64,000 nucleotides of DNA from Dendrobates tinctorius (taxonomy: Eukaryota). The notes beneath the pieces were generated by a model, which was not told where the DNA came from, ran no database searches, and worked only from the letters and a program-made list of their open reading frames with translations. A program made the translations under genes and the position numbers. The DNA lies in NCBI RefSeq assembly GCF_039654945.1, contig NW_027361897.1, positions 9,982,001-10,046,000 of the forward strand. The letters are read 5' to 3'. Of the stretch, positions 11,858-24,115 are shown piece by piece (within the stretch, counting starts at the first letter, position 1; every line of letters starts with the position of its first letter).

Positions 11858-12489
11858 CTAAAAATAAGGAGAATGGTCATTTCTAAAAACATTTTATTGT
11901 AAATTATCTTAAAAGGGAACCAGACAGGTCCCCTCTGTCTTCCCAACCACCAGCATTTATATTATTGTTACTAAATACCCTGCCTATTCAGCATTTTTTA
12001 GTGTTTAACAACTAAATACAGATTTTAAAATTTTTTTTATAAATACTGATGAGCGGACATTTTCAGAAAACGTTCAACAATCTCAAATTTGGCATGAATG
12101 CAGCTCATTGGGATTTGTGTACAGATTTTCGAGCATTTTCCCTTAAACCCGGCAAAATTCCGGGAACAGTTCAGTAATTGAAAGGGATTTCACTAATGCT
12201 TTGTCAGGACTTTGTCTTGAAGAGTGGTAATGAATTTTGAGTGTGGGGTCTTTAATGAGGGGATTTAATGGGGAGAGGTCAGAGCGACGGCCTGTTTTTC
12301 TTTCTTTTTTAATTTTTTTTCTTCTTTATATTAACTTAATGTATGCAGATTCAGGCAGCCAATTACAGCACAAATACCATCCACAATGACCAGACATAAG
12401 TGCTTCTGCTATTGGCTGCCAAAATCACATGTCCCTCTACATATAAAAAGCGAATATGTTATTTGGGTGTCGTGATTTTGTCAGTGTAA

Positions 12490-12873
12490 AGGTACTGTCA
12501 CGCTTAGCGATGCACCAGCGATCCCGACCAGTGATATGACGGGGTCAGGATCGCTGTTGCATCGCTAAGTGGTCGCTAGTGAGCTGCCACACAGGCAGAT
12601 CTCACCAGCGAGATCGATGGGGTCGGGGGTCGCTACTTACCTGTCAGACGAGGCGATGAAGACGTCCTCCTGCCCGCATCCACGCGTCGCTCGTCTCTCC
12701 ACAGGAAGCGCCGCAGGAAGCTGACGACGAGAAACAGTCCTGGACGTTCTCACGCGATCAGCGATAACCAGCGGGGGAGCGGGTCATAGGTAAGTATCAG
12801 ACATAGCAATATCGCTATAACGTCACAAGTTATAGCTATATTGCTAGTGATATCGCTAAGTATGACAGTACCT
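12490..12873. mobile_element. MITE copy 4
   Basis: Same TIRs and site. Confidence 0.85.
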
Positions 12874-13956
12874 TAGCAGTAGAGAGGCTGCTTCTATGGC
12901 TGTTGCAAGTTGTCAGATAGTTAGAAATGCAGTTTATTATCAGCTACTTCAGTTATATAGGATCCTGTGTAAAATCAACCTTCCATCATCTAAAATGATT
13001 GTGCTAACAGTTTGGTGCAGGCAGGAGGCCACATTTCCTTATCACAATAACTTGGATTAATATTGTGGTGCAAGAAGGAGGCTACATTTACTAATGAAAA
13101 TCGTTTGTACTAACATTGTGGTGCAGGCAGGTGGCCATATTTCCTAATTAAAATTGTTTGGTCAAATATTGTGGTGCAGGCAGAAGGCCACATTTCCCAA
13201 TCATGATGTTTTGGGCTAATATTGTGGTGCCAGCAATAGTCCATGTTTCCTAATCAAAATTGTATGGGCTGAAATTTTGTGGTTCAAAAAGAAGACCACA
13301 TTTCTTTATCTAAATTATTTGTGCTAATATGGTTTTACAGGCAGTTTGTCATATTTCATAATCTAAATCCTTTCAGCTAATAGTGTGGTCCAGACAACAG
13401 CCTACATTTTTTAATTTCAATCATTTCTTACAAAAGTTTGGTCCATACACACTAAATCTTCTATTTTATTATTGCAGTGCACACAGGAGGCAGAAGGCCA
13501 CATTTCCTAATCTAAATCGTTTGTGCTAATATTCTGGTGCAGGCAGGAGGCCACATTTCCTAATGTAAATTGTGCTAAAATTCTAATGCAGGCAGGAGGA
13601 CACATGTCCTAATCTAATATTAGCTGAATATTGGTTATTAATAGTCAAGCATAACATTTATAATTATTATGTGGAATAAAACACTTTAACAGAAACCCAT
13701 CAGCATCTCATTATTGTGGTTTCAATACAACTCACAAAGGCATCCTACTACCACTTAAAACCCCTTAACATTTTGGATTTAATGGAGAAGGAACCAAAGT
13801 ACCTCCAGTCCATTCAGATTTTCTTAAAACATTAAATATTTATTGTTTGAGTTACACTTAGTTGTAGAAAATATGAAAATGTGGATTAATTTAACATCTA
13901 TGCAAACAAAATGATGTGAGATCAATGAATAAGATTTCATCATTTTGAAAATATAC

Positions 13957-14283
13957 CTGAGCAGACAACTCCAACATCTTCATTATGTCCACAGTTATGT
14001 ACTGTAAATGGTTGGTGTAGGCAGTCCCATACGCGTTGTTCATTGCCGGTGCATTGCACATCATCCAATACAATTACTCCTTGTCCTTGGCCAAATGCAG
14101 CACTGCCATTAAATGCAAGAGCTTGGCCACAATTTAACTGCCGGCATACAACTTGTGCAGCATTCAGATCAAAATAATCATCACACACAGTTCCCCATGC
14201 TCCATTATAGAGGATTTCTACACGACCATTACATTGACCATTGCCATTTACCAGTCTTAAAGACAAGCCTGAACCTAGAGAAC
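13957..14283 (-). CDS. SRCR exon E7 (327 nt; linker D->G)
   Basis: 8-Cys SRCR, tandem acceptors. Confidence 0.9.
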
Positions 14284-16096
14284 CTAAAAAAAAGGAGAAT
14301 GGTCATTTCTAAAAACATTTTATTGTAAATTATCTTAAAAAGAACCAGAAAGGTCCTCTACGTGATCACAACCACCAGCATTTGTGTTATTGTTACTAAA
14401 TACCCTGCTTTTTCATCCCTTTATTGTGTAAACACCTAAATGCAGATTAAAAAAAAAATATTATAAATAGTGATGAGTGGACTTTTTTGGAAAACGTTCA
14501 ACAATCTCAAATTTGGCCGGAAAGCAGCTCATTTGTATTTGTGTTTAGATTTATGAGCATTTTCCCTTAAAACTTGCAATATTCCGGGAACCGTTCAGTA
14601 AATGACCGTGATTCCGCTAATGCTTTGTTACGACTTTTTCTTGGATAGCGGTGCTGAATTTTGAGTGGGGGGTCTTTAATGAGGGGATTTAATGGGGAGA
14701 GGTCAGAGAAGCAACTGACTGTTTTTCATTTTTTTCTTTTTCAAATTTTTTTCTTCTTTATAATAACTTACAATGTGTAGATTCTGGCAGCCAATCACAG
14801 CACAAATACCATCCACAATGTCCAGACACAAGTGCTTCTGCAATTGGCTGCCAAAATCACATGTCCCTCTCCTTATAAAAAGTGAAGATGTTGTTGGGGG
14901 TGTCCCGATTTTGTCAGTGTAACAGAAGTGAGAGGCTTCTTCTATGGCTGTTGCAAGTTGTCAGATAGTTAGAAATGCAGCTTATTGTCAGCTACTTAAG
15001 TTGTATAGAATCCTGTGTAAAATCAACCTTCCGTTATCTAAAATGATTGTGCTAATAGTTAGGAGGCCACATTTCCTAATTACAATAATTTGGATTAATA
15101 TTGTCGTCCAGGAAGGAGGCTACATTTCCTAATGAACATCGTTTGGACTAACATTGTGGTGCAGGCAGGATGCCATAATTCCTAATAAAAATTCTTTGGG
15201 CTAATATTGTGGTGCAGGCAGAAGACCACATTTCCCAGTCATGATGTTCTGGGCTAATATTGTGGTGCCAGCAAGACTCCATGTTTCCTAATCAAACTTG
15301 CTTCGGCTAAAAATTTTTGGTTTGAAAAGGAGGCCTCATTTCTTTATCTAAACTATTTGTGCTAATATGGTGTTACAGGCAGGTCTTCATATTTCAGAAT
15401 CAAAATCCTTTCAGCTAATAGTGTGGTCCTGACACCAGCCTGCACTTTTTAATCTCAATCCTTTTTGACAATAGTTTAGTTCATACACACTAAATCTTCT
15501 GTTCTATTATTGAAGTGCACGCAGGAGGCAGGAGACCATATTTTCTAATCTAAATTGTTTGTGCTACTATTGTGGTGCAGGCAGGAGGCCACATTTCCTA
15601 ATCTAAATCGTTTGTGCTAATATTCTGGTGCAGGCATAATGCCACATTTCCTATTCTAAATCATTTGTGCCAATATTCTGGTGCAGTCAGGAGGCCATAT
15701 TTCCTAATCTAAATTGTGCTAAAATTCTCATGCAGGCAGGAGGACACATGTTCCAATCTAATATTAGCTGAATATTGATTATTATTAGTCAAACAAAACA
15801 TTAATAATTATTATGTAGATTAAAACCCTGTAACAGAAACCCATCAACATCTCATTATTGTGGTGTCAATACACCTGACAAAGGCATCCTATTACCATAT
15901 AAAACCCCTTAACATTTTGGACTTAATGGGGAAGGAACCAAAGTACCTCCAGTCCATTAATATTTTCTTATAAAAAAAAATATTGTTTGAGTTAACCTTA
16001 GTTGTAGAAAATATGAAAATGTGGATTAATTTAACATCTATGCAAACAAAATGATGTGAGGTCACTGAATAAGATTTCATCATTTCAAAAATATAC

Positions 16097-16414
16097 CTGA
16101 GCAGACAACTCCAACATCTTCGTTATGTCCACAGTTATGTACTGTAAATGGTTGGTGTAGGCAGTCCCATACGCGTTGTTCATTGCCAGTGCATTGCACA
16201 TCATCCAATACAATTACTCCTTGTCCTTGGCCAAATGCAGCACTGCCATTAAATGCAAGAGCTTGGCCACAATTTAACTGCCGGCATACAACTTGTGCAG
16301 CATTCAGATCAAAATAATCATCACACACAGTTCCCCATGCTCCATTATAGAGGATTTCTACACGACCGTTACATTGACCATTGCCATTTACCAGTCGTAA
16401 AGACAAGTCTGAAC
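16097..16414 (-). CDS. SRCR exon E8
   Basis: 8-Cys SRCR, canonical splice sites. Confidence 0.92.
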
Positions 16415-17164
16415 CTAAAAATAAGGAGAATGGTCATTTCTAAAAACATTTTATTGTAAATTATCTTAAAAGGGAACCAGACAGGTCCCCTCTGTCTTCC
16501 CAACCACCAGCATTTATATTATTGTTACTAAATACCCTGCCTATTCAGCATTTTTTAGTGTTTAACAACTAAATACAGATTTTAAAATTTTTTTTATAAA
16601 TACTGATGAGCGGACATTTTCAGAAAACGTTCAACAATCTCAAATTTGGCATGAATGCAGCTCATTGGGATTTGTGTACAGATTTTCGAGCATTTTCCCT
16701 TAAACCCGGCAAAATTCCGGGAACAGTTCAGTAATTGAAAGGGATTTCACTAATGCTTTGTCAGGACTTTGTCTTGAAGAGTGGTAATGAATTTTGAGTG
16801 TGGGGTCTTTAATGAGGGGATTTAATGGGGAGAGGTCAGAGCGACGGCCTGTTTTTCTTTCTTTTTTAATTTTTTTTCTTCTTTATATTAACTTAATGTA
16901 TGCAGATTCAGGCAGCCAATTACAGCACAAATACCATCCACAATGACCAGACATAAGTGCTTCTGCTATTGGCTGCCAAAATCACATGTCCCTCTACTAG
17001 AGTTGAGCGATACCGTCCGATACTTCAAAGTATCGTATCGGATGGTATCGGCCGATCTTTAAAAAAAGTATCGGTATCGCCGATTCCGATACCGGAAGTC
17101 CCATTCAAGTCTATGGGACTTCCGGTATCGGAATAAGAAAAACCCTTTCCTGCCCTTGTACAGC

Positions 17165-17470
17165 CTCTCTGGGGTCTGTACGGGCCTTTCGGGGGGCTGT
17201 GCCGGCCTGCCAGGGGGTCTGTGCAGGCTCCGGTGGTCTGTGCCGGCCTGCCGGTGGTCTGTGCAGGCTCCGGGGGGCTGTGCCGGCCTGCCGGGGGGCT
17301 GTGCCGGCCTGCCGGGGGGCTGTGCAGGCTCCGGGGGGCTGTGCCGGCCTGCCGGGGGGCTGTGCCGGCCTGCCGGGGGGCTGTGCAGGCTCCGGGGGGC
17401 TGTGCCGGCCTGCCGGGGGGCTGTGCCGGCCTGCCGGTGGTCTGTGCAGGCTCCGGGGGTCTGTGCAGGC
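17165..17470 (+). repeat. GC-rich 20/21-bp minisatellite (left arm)
   Basis: GGGGGGCTGTGCCGGCCTGCC / GGGGGGCTGTGCAGGCTCC units. Confidence 0.9.
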
Positions 17471-17613
17471 ATCGTCCGATGGGACTACAAGTCCCATCGG
17501 GCGATGCCTGCTACCATGACAGTGATTGACACATTAGCCAATGATGGGACAGTAGTAGTCCCATCATCCGGCTAATGTGTTAAATGTAAAAAAAAAAAAA
17601 AAAAAAAAAAAAT

Positions 17614-17870
17614 TACATGCTACATACATACAACATGCATACTACATACATGCTACATTCATACTACATACTACATACATGCTACATTCATACTACATAA
17701 ATACTACATGCAACATACATACTACATATATACTACATTCATACTACATACTACATATATACTACATACATACTACATACATACTACATACATACTACAT
17801 GCATGCTACATACATACTACATGCATGCTACATACATACCACATACATACTACATACATACAATACATTC
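17614..17870 (+). repeat. Compound (CATA/CATACTA/CATGCTA) microsatellite, left arm
   Basis: Low-complexity tandem sequence following a long poly-A run. Confidence 0.9.
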
Positions 17871-18552
17871 ATACAATACATACATAGACATACAGTACAT
17901 ATAACATAGAGTAACATACTTACCAATACTTGTCACATTGTTCCCCGAAGCCATTGTCTATTCCGGGATAAATATTAACATAACAAACCACAAAAATACT
18001 CACCCACGATCCGAAGCAGTCCACGAGTGTGTCCCACGACGATCTTGGGTAGAGAACTGCAGCATCAGATGATGCTGCCGTTCTCTACGGGCTGCAGGAA
18101 TCCAATGACGGAAGGTAGGTATCCTTCCGCACTGTATTCCTCCGCCACTTAAAAAAAAAAAAGTCCCTAGTCTCACTTTATGCCATTGCTGTGTGGGAAA
18201 TTCCCACACAGCAATGGCATAAAGTGAGACTAGGGACTTTTTTTTTTTAAGTGGCGGAGGAATACAGTGCGGAAGGATACCTACCTTCCGTCATTGGATT
18301 CCTGCAGCCCGTAGAGAACGGCAGCATCATCTGATGCTGCAGTTCTCTACCCAAGATCGTCGTGGGACACACTCGTGGACTGCTTCGGATCGTGGGTGAG
18401 TATTTTTGTGGTTTGTTATGTTAATATTTATCCCGGAATAGACAATGGCTTCGGGGAACAATGTGACAAGTATTGGTAAGTATGTTACTCTATGTTATAT
18501 GTACTGTATGTCTATGTATGTATTGTATGAATGTATTGTATGTATGTAGTAT
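17848..18552. repeat. Near-perfect palindrome, ~350-bp arms, 1-nt spacer at 18200
   Basis: ...TGCCATTGCTGTGTGGGAA A TTCCCACACAGCAATGGCA...; the only arm difference seen is A12 vs T11. Confidence 0.93.
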
Positions 18553-19241
18553 ATATGTGGTATGTATGTAGCATGTAGTATGTATGTGGTATGTATGTAG
18601 CATGCATGTAGTATGTATGTAGCATGCATGTAGCATGCATGTAGCATGCATGTAGTATGTATGTAGTATGTATGTAGTATGTATGTAGCATGTATGTAGC
18701 ATGCAGTATGTATGTAGTATATATGTAGTATGTATGTAGTATATATGTAGTATGTAGTATGTATGTAGCATGCATGTAGTATATATGTAGTATGTATGTA
18801 GCATGCATGTAGTATGTATGTAGCATGTAGTATATATGTAGCATGCAGCATGTATGTAGTATGTATGTAGTATATATGTAGTATGCATGTAGTATGTATG
18901 TAGTATGTATGTAGCATGCAGTATGTATGTAGCATGTATGTAGTATGTATGTAGTATATATGTAGTATGTATGTAGCATGCATGTAGTATGTATGTAGTA
19001 TGTATGTAGCATGCAGTATGTAGCATGTATGTAGTATGTATGTAGTATGTATGTATGTAGTATGTATGTAGCATGCAGTATGTATGTAGCATGTATGTAG
19101 TATGTATGTAGTATATATGTAGTATGTATGTAGTATGTATGTAGTATGTATGTAGCATGCAGTATGTATGTAGCATGTATGTAGTATGTATGTAGTATAT
19201 ATGTAGCATGCATGTAGTATGTATGTAGCATGCATGTAGTA
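18540..19241 (-). repeat. Compound (TATG/TAGTATG/TAGCATG) microsatellite, right arm
   Basis: Reverse complement of the left-arm satellite, about 2.7x longer, followed by poly-T. Confidence 0.9.
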
Positions 19242-19272
<31 letters not shown>

Positions 19273-19384
19273 AACACATTAGCCGGATGATGGGACTACT
19301 ACTGTCCCATCATTGGCTAATGTGTCAATCACTGTCATGGTAGCAGGCATCGCCCGATGGGACTTGTAGTCCCATCGGACGATG

Positions 19385-19650
19385 CTTGCACAGACCCCCG
19401 GACATCAGCACAGCCCCCCGGCAGGCCGGCACAGCCCCCCGGCAGGCCGGTACAGACCCCCACAGGGTGCACAGACCACCGGCAGGCCGGCACAGCCCCC
19501 CGGCAGGCCGGTACAGACCCCCACAGGGTGCACAGACCACCGGCAGGCCGGCACAGCCCCCCGGCAGGCCGGTACAGACCCCGGGCAGTCCACACAGCCC
19601 CCCGGCAGGCCGGCACAGCCCCCCGGCAGGCCGGCAGAGACCCCCGGAAG
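19385..19650 (-). repeat. GC-rich minisatellite (right arm, inverted)
   Basis: CAGCCCCCCGGCAGGCCGGCA units. Confidence 0.9.
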
Positions 19651-19899
19651 GCCCGAAATGACGGCGCATCATGATGCGCACACACCGCGCATCATGATGA
19701 CGTCAGGCCGTCAATCAACTGAACTTCCGATTCCGATGCCGAATTCCGATATTGAAAAAATATCGGAAGTCGGTATCGGAATTCCGATACAGCAAGTATC
19801 GGCCGATACCCGATACTTGCGGTATCGGAATGCTCAACACTACCCTCTACATATAAAAAGCGAATATGTTATTTGGGTGTCGTGATTTTGTCAGTGTAA

Positions 19900-20283
19900 A
19901 GGTACTGTCACGCTTAGCGATGCACCAGCGATCCCGACCAGTGATATGACGGGGTCAGGATCGCTGTTGCATCGCTAAGTGGTCGCTAGTGAGCTGCCAC
20001 ACAGGCAGATCTCACCAGCGAGATCGATGGGGTCGGGGGTCGCTACTTACCTGTCAGACGAGGCGATGAAGACGTCCTCCTGCCCGCATCCACGCGTCGC
20101 TCGTCTCTCCACAGGAAGCGCCGCAGGAAGCTGACGACGAGAAACAGTCCTGGACGTTCTCACGCGATCAGCGATAACCAGCGGGGGAGCGGGTCTTAGG
20201 TAAGTATCAGACATAGCAATATCGCTATAACGTCACAAGTTATAGCTATATTGCTAGTGATATCGCTAAGTATGACAGTACCT
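19900..20283. mobile_element. MITE copy 5
   Basis: Same TIRs and site. Confidence 0.85.
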
Positions 20284-21364
20284 TAGCAGTAGAGAGGCTG
20301 CTTCTATGGCTGTTGCAAGTTGTCAGATAGTTAGAAATGCAGTTTATTGTCAGCTACTTCAGTCATATAGGATCCTGTGTAAAATCAACCTTCCATCATC
20401 TAAAATGATTGTGCTAATAGTTTGGTGCAGGCAGGAGGCCACATTTCCTTATCACAATAACTTGGATTAATATTGTGGTGCAGGAAGGAGGCTACATTTC
20501 CTAATGAAAATCGTTTGGACTAACATTGTGGTGCAGGCAGGTGGCCATATTTCCTAATTAAAATTGTTTGGCCAAATATTGTGGTGCAGGCAGAAGGCCA
20601 CATTTCCCAATCATGATGTTTTGGGCTAATATTGTGGTGCCAGCAATAGTCCATGTTTCCTAATCAAACTTGTATGGGCTGAAATTTTGTGGTTCAAAAA
20701 GGAGACCACATTTCTTCATCTAAATTATTTGTGCTAATATGGTTTTACAGGCAGTTTGTCATATTTCATAATCTAAATCCTTTCAGCTAATAGTGTGGTC
20801 CAGACAACAGCCTACATTTTTTAATCTCAATCATTTCTTACAAAAGTTTGGTCCATACACTAAATCTTCTATTTTATTATTGCAGTGCACGCAGGAGGCA
20901 GAAGGCCACATTTCCTAATCTAAATCGTTTGTGCTAATATTCTGGTGCAGGCAGGAGGCCACATTTCCTAATCTAAATTGTGCTAAAATTCTAATGCAGG
21001 CAGGAGGACACATGACCTAATCTAATATTAGCTGAATATTGGTTATTAATAGTCAAACATAACATTTATAATTATTATGTGGAATAAAACACTGTAACAG
21101 AAACCCATCAGCATCTCATTATTGTGGTTTCAATACAACTCACAAAGGCATCCTACTACCACATAAAACCCCTTAACATTTTGGATTTAATGGAGAAGGC
21201 ACCAAAGTACCTCCAGTCCATTAAGATTTTCTTAAAACATAAAATATTTATTGTTTGAGTTACCCTTAGTTGTAGAAAATATGAAAATGTGGATTAATTT
21301 AACATCTATGCAAACAAAATGATGTGAGATCAATGAATAAGATTTCATCATTTTGAAAATATAC

Positions 21365-21682
21365 CTGAGCAGACAACTCCAACATCTTCATTATGTCCAC
21401 AGTTATGTACTGTAAATGGTTGGTGTAGGCAGTCCCATACGCGTTGTTCATTGCCGGTGCATTGCACATCATCCAATACAATTACTCCTTGTCCTTGGCC
21501 AAATGCAGCACTGCCATTAAATGCAAGAGCTTGGCCACAATTTAACTGCCGGCATACAACTTGTGCAGCATTCAGATCAAAATAATCATCACACACAGTT
21601 CCCCATGCTCCATTATAGAGGATTTCTACACGACCGTTACATTGACCATTGCCATTTACCAGTCGTAAAGACAAGTCTGAAC
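21365..21682 (-). CDS. SRCR exon E9
   Basis: 8-Cys SRCR, canonical splice sites. Confidence 0.92.
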
Positions 21683-22321
21683 CTAAAAATAAGGAGAATG
21701 GTCATTTCTAAAAACATTTTATTGTAAATTATCTTAAAAGGGAACCAGACAGGTCCCCTCTGTCTTCCCAACCAACAGCATTTGTATTATTGTTACTAAA
21801 TACCCTGCCTATTCAGCATTTTTTAGTGTTTAACAACTAAATACAGATTTTAAAATTTTTTTTATAAATACTGATGAGCGGACATTTTCAGAAAACGTTC
21901 AACAATCTCAAATTTGGCATGAATGCAGCTCATTGGGATTTGTGTACAGATTTTCGCACATTTTCCCTTAAACCCGGCAAAATTCCGGGAACAGTTCAGT
22001 AATTGAAAGGGATTTCACTAATGCTTTGTTAGGACTTTGTCTTGAAGAGTGGTAATGAATTTTGAGTGGGGGGTCTTTAATGAGGGGATTTAATGGGGAG
22101 AGGTCAGAGGAGCGACGGCCTGTTTTTCTTTCTTTCTTTTTTAATTTTTTTTCTTCTTTATATTAACTTAATGTATGCAGATTCAGTCAGCCAATCACAG
22201 CACAAATACCATCCACAATGACCAGACATAAGTGCTTCTGCTATTGGCTGCCAAAATCACATGTCCCTCTACATATAAAAAGCCAATATGTTATTTGGGT
22301 GTCGTGATTTTGTCAGTGTAA

Positions 22322-22705
22322 AGGTACTGTCACGCTTAGCGATGCACCAGCGATCCCGACCAGCGATATGACGGGGTCAGGATCGCTGGTGCATCGCTAA
22401 GTGGTCGCTAGGGAGCTGCCACACAGGCAGATCTCACCAGCGAGATCGATGGGGTCGGGGGTCGCTACTTATCTGTCAGATGAGGCGATGAAGACGTCCT
22501 CCTGCCCGCATCCACGCGTCGCTCATCTCTCCACAGGAAGCGCCGCAGGAAGCTGACGACGAGAAACAGTCCTGGACGTTCTCACGCGATCAGCGATAAC
22601 CAGCGGGGGAGCGGGTCATAGGTAAGTATCAGACATAGCAATATCGCTATAACGTCACAAGTTATAGCTATATTGCTAGTGATATCGCTAAGTATGACAG
22701 TACCT
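22322..22705. mobile_element. MITE copy 6
   Basis: Same TIRs and site. Confidence 0.85.
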
Positions 22706-23788
22706 TAGCAGTAGAGAGGTTGCTTCTATGGCTGTTGCAAGTTGTCAGATAGTTAGAAATGCAGTTTATTGTCAGCTACTTCAGTTATATAGGATCCTGT
22801 GTAAAATCAACCTTCCATCATCTAAAATAATTGTGCTAATAGTTTGGTGCAGGCAGGAGGCCACATTTCCTTATCACAATAACTTGGATTAATATTGTGG
22901 TGCAGGAAGGAGGCTACATTTCCTAATGAAAATCGTTTGGACTAACATTGTGGTGCAGGCAGGTGGCCATATTTCTTAATTAAAATTATTTGGTCAAATA
23001 TTGTGGTGCAGGCAGAAGGCCACATTTCCCAATCATGATGTTTTGGGCTAATATTGTGGTGCCAGCAATAGTCCATGTTTCCTAATCAAACTTGTATGGG
23101 CTGAAATTTTGTGGTTCAAAAAGGAGACCACATTTCTTTATCTAAATTATTTGTGCTAATATGGTTTTACAGGCAGTTTGTCATATTTCATAATCTAAAT
23201 TCTTTCAGCTAATAGTGTGGTCCAGACAACAGCCTACATTTTTTAATCTCAATCATTTCTTACAAAAGTTTGGTCCATACACACTAAATCTTCTATTTTA
23301 TTATTGCAGTGCACGCAGGAGGCAGAAGGCCACATTTCCTAATCTAAATCGTTTGTGCTAATATTCTGGTGCAGGCAGGAGGCCACATTTCCTTATCTAA
23401 ATTGTGCTAAAATTCTAATGCAGGCAGGAGGACACATGTCCTAATCTAATATTAGCTGAATATTGGTTATTAATAGTCAAACATAACATTTATAATTATT
23501 ATGTGGAATAAAACACTGTAACAGAAACCCATCAGCATCTCATTATTGTGGTTTCAATACAACTCACAAAGGCATCCTACTACCACATAAAACCCCTTAA
23601 CATTTTGGATTTAATGGAGAAGGAACCAAAGTACCTCCAGTCCATTCAGATTTTCTTAAAACATAAAATATTTATTGTTTGAGTTACCCTTAGTTGTAGA
23701 AAATATGAAAATGTGGATTAATTTAACATCTATGCAAACAAAATGATGTGAGATCAATGAATAAGATTTCATCATTTTGAAAATATAC

Positions 23789-24115
23789 CTGAGCAGACAA
23801 CTCCAACATCTTCATTATGTCCACAGTTATGTACTGTAAATGGTTGGTGTAGGCAGTCCCATACGCGTTGTTCATTGCCGGTGCATTGCACATCATCCAA
23901 TACAATTACTCCTTGTCCTTGGCCAAATGCAGCACTGCCATTAAATGCAAGAGCTTGGCCACAATTTAACTGCCGGCATACAACTTGTGCAGCATTCAGA
24001 TCAAAATAATCATCACACACAGTTCCCCATGCTCCATTATAGAGGATTTCTACACGACCATTACATTGACCATTGCCATTTACCAGTCTTAAAGACAAGT
24101 CTGAACCTAGAGAAC
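23789..24115 (-). CDS. SRCR exon E10 (327 nt)
   Basis: 8-Cys SRCR, tandem acceptors. Confidence 0.9.

Larger units (their letters stand above)
16998..19842. mobile_element. 2845-bp non-autonomous hAT-like DNA transposon with foldback structure
   Basis: Perfect 8-bp TSD CCCTCTAC (16990-16997, 19843-19850); short TIRs TAGAGTTGAGC / GCTCAACACTA; clustered subterminal GTATCGG/CCGATAC repeats; all other introns are empty at this site; no transposase ORF. Confidence 0.92.

Noticed and set aside
17476-17570. ACTACAAGTCCCA (ZNF143/THAP11-type motif) in small hairpins
   Set aside because: Short motif inside a transposon hairpin with no promoter context
17059-19885. Pro/Gly/Ala-rich and His/Tyr/Thr-rich ORFs in the insertion
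   Set aside because: Translations of mini- and microsatellites open in many frames; no DDE transposase or BED finger
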